From positions 1 to 35,810 of the forward strand of contig JAOZSY010000004.1 in assembly GCA_029939445.1 (NCBI GenBank): DNA of 35,810 bases, written 5' to 3'. Under the pieces are notes generated by a model, which did not search any database, was not told where the DNA came from, and saw only the letters and a program-made list of their open reading frames with translations. The position numbers and the translations under genes were made by a program. Each line of letters begins with the position of its first letter. Positions within the stretch are counted from its first letter, which is position 1. The DNA comes from Bacteroidales bacterium. Lineage in GTDB: Bacteria; Bacteroidota; Bacteroidia; Bacteroidales; UBA1556. Positions 1 to 7,193 of this stretch are shown piece after piece.

Positions 1-2
1 CT

Positions 3-464
3 TGTACTCCTAACAATACGGCTTCATATACGCAATTTAACCCAACAGCAATAGACAATTGGAGTGAAAGTAGTAATTTCTTTGCACAACTTTCTTATGG
101 GATTGTTGATGATTTTACTGTTTATGCAACAGCAGTAGTTTTAGGTCCTGACAAAATGCGGCATTTAACAGGAGAGGGAGCAAATAGAAATGAATTACGA
201 AATGCAGGAGTTAATACTTTGACTAATTTTGTACCAATAAGTAAAATAGGAAGCACTTTAAAAATTGGCAAGAAAGTATTAAACGCTGCTCAATTTAGTA
301 AAGCATATACGAAAACAGGTGCTGTTAAAGGTATCTCTGCCGCTCAAAGAGGGCTTAATAATAGGATGTTAAATCATACAATTAAGCAAAATAATGCCTT
401 TAATAAAACATTACCCGTTTTTATGTTAGGAACATCAGCAGCAGGAAATACGCAAAGAAGATAA
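3..464 (+). CDS. 3' end of a larger gene cut by the window edge; product unknown (possibly the variable C-terminal module of a large secreted/polymorphic-toxin-type protein)
   Basis: The frame of the listed 156..464 ORF has no stop back to base 3. It translates CTPNNTASYTQFNPTAIDNWSESSNFFAQLSYGIVDDFTVYATAVVLGPDK before the Met at 156, so that Met is probably internal. No catalytic motif recognised. Confidence 0.5.
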   Translation, partial: CTPNNTASYTQFNPTAIDNWSESSNFFAQLSYGIVDDFTVYATAVVLGPDKMRHLTGEGANRNELRNAGVNTLTNFVPISKIGSTLKIGKKVLNAAQFSKAYTKTGAVKGISAAQRGLNNRMLNHTIKQNNAFNKTLPVFMLGTSAAGNTQRR

Positions 465-482
465 TTAAATAAATTCTACAAA

Positions 483-713
483 ATGTTTTACGGTTCAATA
501 TTATTTAGATTTGTAGGTGTAATTACTATTTGGATTATTAAATCTATTTATAATCTAAAAATTGTTTCATTCAAAAAAGTGTGGATTGATGAAAAAGCAG
601 AAGAGAGTGATGACTTAATCGATTCACTTTCTAGTGAATTAATTCAGATCTTTGTCGGTGTAGCAGTTATGTTGATTATTGTGTTTTATATTACTGGCAT
701 AATATCATTTTAA
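483..713 (+). CDS. Small (76 aa) membrane protein with two hydrophobic helices; unknown function, possible immunity-type partner of the upstream gene
   Basis: Starts 19 nt after the upstream stop. Two hydrophobic segments (ILFRFVGVITIWII and IFVGVAVMLIIVFYITGII) flank an acidic loop (EKAEESDDLIDSLSSE). Confidence 0.4.
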   Translation: MFYGSILFRFVGVITIWIIKSIYNLKIVSFKKVWIDEKAEESDDLIDSLSSELIQIFVGVAVMLIIVFYITGIISF

Positions 714-795
714 TTATTCAATTAGTACCATTGCAGCCTATAAATGAATAACATACAAAGTGCACTAATAAAAACTAAAAAAAATCGCCCAGATG

Positions 796-841
796 CCGCA
801 CGAATGCCACTATGCGTTACCGCACGAATCCTTTCGTGTGG
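796..841. repeat. GC-rich direct repeat (ccgcacgaat at 796-805 and 820-829); the second copy forms a 9-bp stem hairpin (820-828 with 833-841, loop tcct)
   Basis: Read directly. This is a GC-rich structured patch in very AT-rich intergenic DNA, about 80 nt upstream of the transposase stump. Confidence 0.5.
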
Positions 842-921
842 TGTGTATAACAGGCATACCATAACAGGCTATTAAAAGAACATAATGACTAACCAAAAGT
901 ATATTTCGTTATATTTGCTAA

Positions 922-1020
922 ATGAGCAGAAATTACAAATTCCATAATCCTGAAGGAGCATATTTTATAAGTTTTGCTGTTGTAGATTGGCTAGATGTAT
1001 TTACTAGAAACGAGTATTAA
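922..1020 (+). pseudogene. Truncated Y1 (IS200/IS605-like, REP-associated tyrosine transposase type) transposase; only about 32 N-terminal codons remain
   Basis: Translates MSRNYKFHNPEGAYFISFAVVDWLDVFTRNEY then TAA. This matches my memory of the conserved N-terminus of Bacteroidota Y1_Tnp/RAYT proteins (MSRKYKFHN.EG.YF.SFATV.WIDVF). Full-length proteins are much longer. A TATATTTG box sits at 910-917. Confidence 0.55.
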
Positions 1021-1031
1021 ATGGAGTTGTT

Positions 1032-1102
1032 ATTGTTAGTTAACTTACTGAAAACCATACGATTTATGTGGTAGCGGGGCAATTATTAGTTAACTTATTG
1101 AA
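1032..1102. repeat. Two 21-nt imperfect direct repeats (attgttagttaacttactgaa at 1032-1052; attattagttaacttattgaa at 1082-1102), spaced exactly 50 bp
   Basis: 19 of 21 positions are identical by eye. They flank a GC-rich core (gtagcgggg, 1071-1079) just downstream of the transposase stump. Confidence 0.55.
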
Positions 1103-1154
1103 TGCAACTCGACACAACCGCGATAGCTATAAGGAGCGCAGCAACTATATTTTA

Positions 1155-1901
1155 TCAACGCTTTTTCCAAATAGTTTTGGCGATAGCACAAACTCGATTG
1201 TCAGCCTTTGTTTTAATGGTGTGTACAAACGAATTTTCGCCTTCGTCGGGTTCAGTATGTGATATAATAACATCTCCAAATTTGGCTTCGGCAACAAATC
1301 TTCCATCAATTGAATGGAGGTAGTAATTGTCAATAATTTCATCAGGAATAGAATTCATAGACCATTGCAAATAACGAATATTATTTACATGCTGATTTGA
1401 GTCTATATCAAAGCGGTTGATATTAAATTCGTCGGAATATATGCCAGTATCGATAGGTTTAATCTTTCTTACAACATTATGATTAAGGCTTTCTTCGCTA
1501 TCAAACCCCCATTTATTAATAAAATCACTATGAATTTGTACAGGTCTTCTCCTACCAATATCGAAGTATAACCAAAGACCTTTTGCTCTACCAATAATTT
1601 CTCCTTTTTCATCGTAAATAATATTCTCCCTAAAACCTCTTACCGTAGAATAGCTGGAAAGCCATGTTCTGATAGTGATTTTTTCTTTATACTTTGGATA
1701 GCGCTCCATTTTCATAATACCGGAAACCAATACCCAGCCGATATTTCTTTCCAATAAATCAAATAGGCTGTTATCAATGGAATAGCAATGATCAGCAGCT
1801 GTTTCTTCCAATAATGTTAGTATTGTTGTTGGTGAAGCTTCCCTGAATTTATTCATTTCGAAGTACCGAAGTTCAAATTGTTTGTCAAAATAGTTTTCCA
1901 T
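1155..1901 (-). CDS. Acyl-ACP thioesterase family protein
   Basis: 248 aa. The N-terminal FELRYFEMNKFREASPTTILTLLEETAADH and the two-hotdog layout (second half NINRFDIDSNQHVNNIRYLQW) are typical of the acyl-ACP thioesterase (FatA/B-like) family. Confidence 0.7.
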   Translation of the reverse strand: MENYFDKQFELRYFEMNKFREASPTTILTLLEETAADHCYSIDNSLFDLLERNIGWVLVSGIMKMERYPKYKEKITIRTWLSSYSTVRGFRENIIYDEKGEIIGRAKGLWLYFDIGRRRPVQIHSDFINKWGFDSEESLNHNVVRKIKPIDTGIYSDEFNINRFDIDSNQHVNNIRYLQWSMNSIPDEIIDNYYLHSIDGRFVAEAKFGDVIISHTEPDEGENSFVHTIKTKADNRVCAIAKTIWKKR

Positions 1902-1971
1902 GTCAAAAAAGATATTACATAAATATAGGGCAAAGAAAGTGCTATTTTTGTTGCTAACCTATGAACCAAGG

Positions 1972-2544
1972 TTAAGAAATTCGTGCTCGTATTCTACTAA
2001 GAGCTTGTGGTGTTACTCCAATATATGAAGCAATATATTTAAGTGGGATTTCTTTCAATAAATTTGGGCGTTCGGTAAAAATATTAAGGTATCGCTGCTC
2101 CGCAGAATTATTTAATAGGGATTGCTCCCTTTTAGATTTTATTAAGAATAGTTTTTCAGCATAAAAACGTCCAATTGCATTTCCAATTTCTGTTTTTTTG
2201 TATACATCTTGCAAGTCGTTGTAAGTCAAGCTCCAAACTACAGTTTCGCTGAGTGTTTCTACCTCAAATAATGACGGTTGTCGAGTTAAAAAAGAATCAT
2301 AAGCACTAACGAATTCATTCTCAAAGCTAAATCCAAAAGTGATTTCCTTTTCTGTGTCATCATTTGGAATAACGAATCGGACAATGCCATTTTCAATAAA
2401 TGAAATATAATTTTCCACATCCCCTTTTTGAATAATTAACTGCTTCTTTGGAAACTGCCTTTGCTTTAACTTGGACAAAAAATATTGCCAATCCACGTTG
2501 CTTACTGTATCTATATTCTCAAGATACTCTCTAATTTGTTGCAT
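1972..2544 (-). CDS. Crp/Fnr-family transcriptional regulator (cNMP-binding domain plus C-terminal HTH)
   Basis: 190 aa. It has a beta-roll type N-terminal region and a C-terminal HTH (LKYIASYIGVTPQALSRIRARI) typical of small Bacteroidota Crp-like regulators. Confidence 0.8.
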   Translation of the reverse strand: MQQIREYLENIDTVSNVDWQYFLSKLKQRQFPKKQLIIQKGDVENYISFIENGIVRFVIPNDDTEKEITFGFSFENEFVSAYDSFLTRQPSLFEVETLSETVVWSLTYNDLQDVYKKTEIGNAIGRFYAEKLFLIKSKREQSLLNNSAEQRYLNIFTERPNLLKEIPLKYIASYIGVTPQALSRIRARIS

Positions 2545-2764
2545 GATTCTTGAACATTATTAAAATTTACATTCAGGTTTTATAGGTACTTTTATAATAC
2601 TCCCCATTGGTTGGACAGAAAATAAGCAAAGTTACTGTGGAAAAAAATAACTTTTTATATTTATTCTAGAAAACAAAAATAACTATTTTTCCTATTTATA
2701 AAACAGATTTTTTTTGGTATATTTTCTAATCTTTGATTCATTGAATAAGCTCTGCTGGAGAGCA

Positions 2765-3055
2765 ACCTATTCCATATCCGACGATGCTTTATACGCATGT
2801 CATATAATATAGCATGGTGAATTGCAATTGTCAAATGTTTTGAATAGTAAGAGAGCAACACAAATAAGTATTAGAATAATTGAGCTTTTTGTGGAGATTA
2901 GAGAACTTCTAACAGACAATTTAAGCGTAAAATTGGAAATTGAAGAAATAAAAAAGAAATTAACTAATCAAGATAAAAGCATTGAATTAGTATTTAGCTA
3001 TTTAGACGAACTAATGGAAAAGCAAGAAAATCCACAACCGAGAGATATGATATAA
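2765..3055 (+). pseudogene. Remnant of an ORF6N/KilA-N-type DNA-binding protein gene (C-terminal part only, in-frame stop at 2810-2812)
   Basis: The listed TTG-started ORF 2822..3055 reads LQLSNVLNSKRATQISIRIIELFVEIRELL, the conserved AMLSSVLNS.RA.QV.I.IM..F block of ORF6N-family proteins followed by a coiled-coil tail. The same frame upstream reads ..ALYACHII*HGE, so it is interrupted and lacks the N-terminal domain. Confidence 0.5.
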
Positions 3056-3097
3056 ATAAATGAGAATAATATATGTTTAATCAGCAAATAATAAATC

Positions 3098-3480
3098 ACC
3101 CCCGATGTAGCGAGTCAGAGTGCGACTCCAAGTCTCGCCCTGACTGAGCTAGGCCTGGGCTCCCAAATGATGTGCGAATATACTAAAGGCTGCTGCGTGA
3201 TTTTATCGCATATAGTAGAAATATAAAATTTGCCATAACTAGAAGAAGTCCTACTTAAACCTGTACTGAGCACAGCCGAAGTAGAAGGAGGTAGGCATTC
3301 TTTAATTATATATATGTGTGATAAATTATTCTCTCCATGAAAAATAGTCGGAGGATTGACTAAATATTAAATATTCAATCCCCCGCTACGCAATTTGCCT
3401 CGCTGCCCCTTTTCAAAGGGTGTCTTTCCTCACGATGCTGTGAGAAAGATATAATTCCTTATCCCAATACCGCGTGTCTA
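3098..3480. other. GC-rich, hairpin-dense non-coding segment of unknown nature (candidate structured RNA or mobile-element relic)
   Basis: No ORF of 60 aa or more. Hairpins seen: gagtc/gactc 3112-3128; ggaggattga/tcaatccccc 3350-3384; ccctt/aaggg 3407-3420; tctttcctcac/gtgagaaaga 3423-3449. The local G+C is clearly above the surrounding AT-rich spacer. Confidence 0.3.
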
Positions 3481-3626
3481 TTGCATTGCAAGATGTATAT
3501 AACAGATAAATATAAAACGCTTGAACTAATAAGGTTTTCTTAAAAATAGGTTTAGATATTATTTTTTTTAAAACATAAAGAAAAGGCAGGTAAGCTTAAG
3601 TGGTTTTAAAAAAATCTTAATTAGAA

Positions 3627-4535
3627 TTATCGTCCACTTCCTTGAACCATTTTCTGGTATTCAGCAGCATTTGCAGCATCTATTTCCATAAGATATGCTT
3701 TAGCTTTTTTCTGCTCATTGGGCTGAGCATCTTTAAAAATACCAATAAATTCATCACGCTTTGCATCCATAAGAGTAGTCATGGTATAAAGCCCTATTCG
3801 TGCCTTATGCACATTTTGTAGAAGCTTTAGTGAGTTTAATGTTTCAACTCTACCTTGGCTTAGATTTTCAAACATCTGATCCAAGCCTTTTCTGTGATAA
3901 CGGTATAAGAAATTTCTATAATCTTCGTATCTAGAATTTTGAATATTCTCAAGATACCAATATCTATTTTTCTCACTACCCATTGATGCCCAACCCAGAA
4001 ACCCTGAGTTTGATGCATTATTTACCGTAGTTTGTGCATTATTAAAATATGGAGTGCCTCCTAATGGAGAAAAAGAATCGAAATCAGTACCAATTATTAT
4101 ATATGCATAAAATGCTAATATTGATGTTAGGTTATTGGTATAAGAGTTTATATCAAAATTTAAAGGATCGTGTTCTACCCATTTAAAAGAAACCTGCTTA
4201 TCCAAAATATTAAGCATTGGCGAATCGTACGATGAGTTGAAAACTGGTCGGCGCGATTGGACTTGTATAGTTCCTTTATAATTATCGCGAGATGTACCAT
4301 CTTTAGAAAATGTTATGGAAATAGTGCATTCAATTCGTTCTTCGGTTTTAATTTGATTATTTGTCCACTGTCTATTATTCATAAACTCGTAAATGGCACT
4401 TTGCAAAGTCTGAAATCTTGATTTGTCAGTATCTTCCACCTGCTGATCATTAAGCTGAACTTGGCAGTTTAGCTCCTGGGCATTTATAGAAATGCTAATC
4501 ATAAGACCAATTAATAGAATAAATACCTTTTGCAT
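3627..4535 (-). CDS. DUF4835-family protein (PorD-like, T9SS-associated family), secreted
   Basis: 302 aa. The signal peptide is followed by QELNCQVQLNDQQV...FQTLQSAIYEFMNNRQWTN, which matches my memory of the DUF4835 N-terminus (ELNC.V.VN). The start codon overlaps the coaBC stop (TAATG at 4533-4537). Confidence 0.65.
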   Translation of the reverse strand: MQKVFILLIGLMISISINAQELNCQVQLNDQQVEDTDKSRFQTLQSAIYEFMNNRQWTNNQIKTEERIECTISITFSKDGTSRDNYKGTIQVQSRRPVFNSSYDSPMLNILDKQVSFKWVEHDPLNFDINSYTNNLTSILAFYAYIIIGTDFDSFSPLGGTPYFNNAQTTVNNASNSGFLGWASMGSEKNRYWYLENIQNSRYEDYRNFLYRYHRKGLDQMFENLSQGRVETLNSLKLLQNVHKARIGLYTMTTLMDAKRDEFIGIFKDAQPNEQKKAKAYLMEIDAANAAEYQKMVQGSGR

Positions 4536-5731
4536 TAAATCAAAGTTTCAATTTTTTCAACAATATCTTTTGCCACTTCATCCTTAGTTTTTAAGGTAAA
4601 ACTTTGTGGATGTTTATCTTTATCAATAAGAGTTATCTTATTAGTAGAATGCCCAAATCCAGCGCCTTTATCTTGCATAGAATTCAGTACTATTAAATCC
4701 AGATTTTTCTTTTCTAATTTAATAATAGCATTTTCAATTTCGTTATTAGTTTCTAGAGCAAAGCCAATAAGAAGTTGTTTATCAGTTTTTCTATTTCCCA
4801 AAGAGAGCAGTATGTCTTTCGTTGCCTCTAATTCTATATTAGGAACAGATTCACCTTTCTTAATCTTTTGCTCAGCAATATTTTTTGGTGCAAAATCTGC
4901 TACCGCTGCCGACATTATTGCAATATCCATATCCTCAAATATGTTGTTGCAGGCTTCATACATCTCTTCTGAAGTAGTTATATTTACCACTTTAGTAATA
5001 TTGTCAGCAGGTTTTATAGCTACTGGTCCACTAACTAAATACACCTCAGCACCTTTATTTGCAAGAGCTTCTGCTAAGGAATATCCCATTTTGCCCGAAG
5101 AGTGATTACCAATAAAACGTACAGGATCTATAGCTTCGTATGTTGGCCCAGCAGAAATTAACACTTTTTTTCCTGAAAGAACAGATTTCTTATCAAAATA
5201 ATTTTTTATTTTTTCAAAAATAACCTCAGGTTCTTCCATTCTTCCCATACCACAAAGGCCACTGGCAAGTTCTCCCTCGGTAGGCTCAATAATTATATGA
5301 CCTCTTTGTTTGAGTTGCTCAATATTATTGGTAGTGCTAGGATGTTTATACATATCCAAATCCATTGCTGGAGCAAACATAACTTCCGAACGAGCGCTTA
5401 AGTATGTTGTTAGTAAGTGATTATCGGCAATGCCAGCAACCATTTTAGCCATACTATTTGCAGAGAGTGGCGCCATCACAAAAAGGTCGGCCCAGCGGCC
5501 AAGCTCTACATGAGAGTCCCATTCTCCAGTATTTTTGTCAAAAGCAATGCTACTTACAGGCTTATTAGATACGGTACTTAATGTAAGGGGAGTTACAAAA
5601 TCTTTTGCAGCATCCGTCATTACAATCTGTACATTAGCACCTGCTTTGCGAAGTAATCTAACTAAAATAGGAATTTTGTAAGCAGCAATGCTTCCAGAAA
5701 TTCCTATTAAGATGTTTTTTGCTTTAAGCAT
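4535..5731 (-). CDS. coaBC: Bifunctional phosphopantothenoylcysteine decarboxylase / phosphopantothenate-cysteine ligase
   Basis: 398 aa. N-terminal flavoprotein domain (ILIGISGSIAAYK, PAMDLDMY) and C-terminal DFP/CoaB domain (LISAGPTYEAIDPVRFIGNHSSGKMG, SAAVADF). Confidence 0.92.
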   Translation of the reverse strand: MLKAKNILIGISGSIAAYKIPILVRLLRKAGANVQIVMTDAAKDFVTPLTLSTVSNKPVSSIAFDKNTGEWDSHVELGRWADLFVMAPLSANSMAKMVAGIADNHLLTTYLSARSEVMFAPAMDLDMYKHPSTTNNIEQLKQRGHIIIEPTEGELASGLCGMGRMEEPEVIFEKIKNYFDKKSVLSGKKVLISAGPTYEAIDPVRFIGNHSSGKMGYSLAEALANKGAEVYLVSGPVAIKPADNITKVVNITTSEEMYEACNNIFEDMDIAIMSAAVADFAPKNIAEQKIKKGESVPNIELEATKDILLSLGNRKTDKQLLIGFALETNNEIENAIIKLEKKNLDLIVLNSMQDKGAGFGHSTNKITLIDKDKHPQSFTLKTKDEVAKDIVEKIETLI

Positions 5732-5742
5732 AAAAAGAAGTT

Positions 5743-6081
5743 TTAGAAGTTATCTTTACTTTCTTCTTTTAGAGGGTTACGGTGATATACATCATCGTGC
5801 AACAATTGGTGAATAGCCATTAATGTAGGCTTAGGAAGACGCTCATAAAAACGTGCAATCTCTATTTGCTCACGGTTTTCGAATACCTCTTCAAGAGTAT
5901 CGTTGTTTACCTGAAATTCAGCAACTTTCTCGTTTAGCTCTTCTTTAAGGTCATGACCAATTTGATTCGAACGTATTGCTAGAATAGCAAGAGATTCGTA
6001 AATATTATTAGTTCCTGCCTCTAATTCTACCACGTTTAACGATTCTGCAGTAGTGTCTGTTTTTATATTTTTATAATCCAT
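5743..6081 (-). CDS. rpoZ: DNA-directed RNA polymerase subunit omega (Bacteroidota type)
   Basis: 112 aa. NIYESLAILAIRSNQI matches the omega helix motif. It lies between bamD and coaBC, which I recall as the usual position in Bacteroidota. Confidence 0.7.
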   Translation of the reverse strand: MDYKNIKTDTTAESLNVVELEAGTNNIYESLAILAIRSNQIGHDLKEELNEKVAEFQVNNDTLEEVFENREQIEIARFYERLPKPTLMAIHQLLHDDVYHRNPLKEESKDNF

Positions 6082-6100
6082 AATATTATAATTTTATTCT

Positions 6101-6913
6101 CTAATTATTCTGTTTTTTTATTTTTTCAATGCCATGCTTAGCTGAGTTCTTATATCGCTCAGCTTTCTTGGCATATACTCCATCAGGGTATTTGCTAGCA
6201 TAATCATTATAAGCAGAAAGAGTTTTAGTATATCTTTCCTCTTGTCTGTAATTAATACTTTTGCTGGCATATATATAATCGGCCTCTATGGTTAAATACA
6301 TAGCTTCCTCTTTAAAAGGAGAGCCTGGAAATTTCTTTAAATGTCGTTCAAAAGCATAAACGGCAGCTTTATAATACTCAGTAGTTAGATATTGCTTTGC
6401 GTTTTCAAAATCCTTAATAACAAGCTTTTTACGAAGCTTATCCATAATTTCATTTGCCTCATATACCTTTTCACTTTCAGGATACATATTTATAAACATC
6501 TGCATCTCGTTAATAGCTGTAACGGTACTCGATTGATCTAAATTAGCAGGTGGCGAATCCAAGAATTTGCAATATGCACTTAAATATAAGCACTCCTCAG
6601 CATAATCACTTTTTGGAAAAGTTTTTGCAAAATACTTAAAATGGTAACTTGCTACCATGTAATCACCTTCTTTATAATATGTTTGAGCGTAATAGTAGTA
6701 AGCTTTCTCAAGTTTATTAGTACCTCTGAGTACTACAATTAACTCATCAAGAAGTTGCTGAGAGTGATAAAAATCATCCTGCTCATAGTACTTCATGGCA
6801 GCCTCATATTTCTCTGGGGTAGAGCCGTGTTTTGCTAATTGTTGATATTTGCTACAGCTCCCTAAGGTAACTATTAACGCAAAAAATAATATAATTTTGA
6901 AAAATCTAAACAT
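6101..6913 (-). CDS. bamD: Outer membrane protein assembly factor BamD (TPR lipoprotein)
   Basis: TPR-like repeats (KYEAAMKYYEQDDFYHSQ, AYYYYAQTYYKEGDYMVA, YYKAAVYAFERHLKKFPGS). Lipoprotein signal MFRFFKIILFFALIVTLGSC. I place the start at the Met at 6913 rather than the ORF-track start at 6949, because a TACTTTTG box (6919-6926) lies inside the longer version. Confidence 0.8.
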   Translation of the reverse strand: MFRFFKIILFFALIVTLGSCSKYQQLAKHGSTPEKYEAAMKYYEQDDFYHSQQLLDELIVVLRGTNKLEKAYYYYAQTYYKEGDYMVASYHFKYFAKTFPKSDYAEECLYLSAYCKFLDSPPANLDQSSTVTAINEMQMFINMYPESEKVYEANEIMDKLRKKLVIKDFENAKQYLTTEYYKAAVYAFERHLKKFPGSPFKEEAMYLTIEADYIYASKSINYRQEERYTKTLSAYNDYASKYPDGVYAKKAERYKNSAKHGIEKIKKQNN

Positions 6914-6918
6914 GGCTG

Positions 6919-6926
6919 CAAAAGTA
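6919..6926 (-). promoter_or_regulatory. Bacteroidota -7 box (TACTTTTG) for the bamD-rpoZ-coaBC-DUF4835 operon
   Basis: Exact match to the TAnnTTTG consensus on the minus strand, 5 nt upstream of the ATG at 6913. This implies a near-leaderless transcript. Confidence 0.4.
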
Positions 6927-7158
6927 ATTAATTGTTTGATACGGTACAACCTAATATTACCGTTAAGTTTTAGGTTTTATTGTGTTGTGATTATTATTGA
7001 ATTAAAATAGCTATATTTTTCTTTATGCTCAGTAGTTCAGTCTATTAACAGGAAATAATACTAGTAGTAATTGTGTATAAATGTGATTTCATTATTAATA
7101 AAGAGATTATTTATAAAAAAAACATCTAAATAATTGCTTATAAATTATCAATATGAAG

Positions 7159-7166
7159 TACTTTTG
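7159..7166 (+). promoter_or_regulatory. Bacteroidota -7 box (TACTTTTG) upstream of tsaD, with a TTG at 7134-7136 as a possible -33 element
   Basis: Exact TAnnTTTG match 28 nt before the tsaD ATG, with a TTG 22 nt upstream of the box. Confidence 0.45.
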
Positions 7167-7193
7167 TAACGCAAAAGCAATCAAAATAAGATT

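Noticed and set aside
1068-1342. Three short ORFs (1068-1262 +, 1102-1323 +, 1145-1342 -) around the 3' end of the thioesterase gene
   Set aside because: They overlap the well-supported 248-aa acyl-ACP thioesterase ORF in other frames, or spill from it into the repeat region. They have no motifs and unconvincing composition.
2661-2861. 66-aa minus-strand ORF between the Crp-like gene and the ORF6N remnant
   Set aside because: It overlaps the region that reads as a degraded plus-strand ORF6N gene. It has no recognisable features and is likely a chance open frame in decaying DNA.
1071-3389. 9-bp GC-rich inverted match (gtagcgggg at 1071-1079 and ccccgctac at 3381-3389) bracketing the thioesterase, Crp and ORF6N-remnant genes, considered as possible terminal inverted repeats of a mobile element
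   Set aside because: The match is too short (9-10 bp) and the flanking bases do not extend it convincingly. There are no target-site duplications, so it could be chance or two copies of a small REP-like motif. It is noted only as something a genome-wide motif search could revisit.
3098-3480. Tried to read the GC-rich orphan segment as tmRNA, RNase P RNA, SRP/4.5S RNA, 6S RNA or a group II intron fragment
   Set aside because: I found none of the conserved cores I remember, on either strand: the tmRNA 5'-GGGG/3' tRNA-like end, the SRP GGAA tetraloop helix, RNase P P4 elements, or an intron domain V. It is reported only as an unclassified structured segment.
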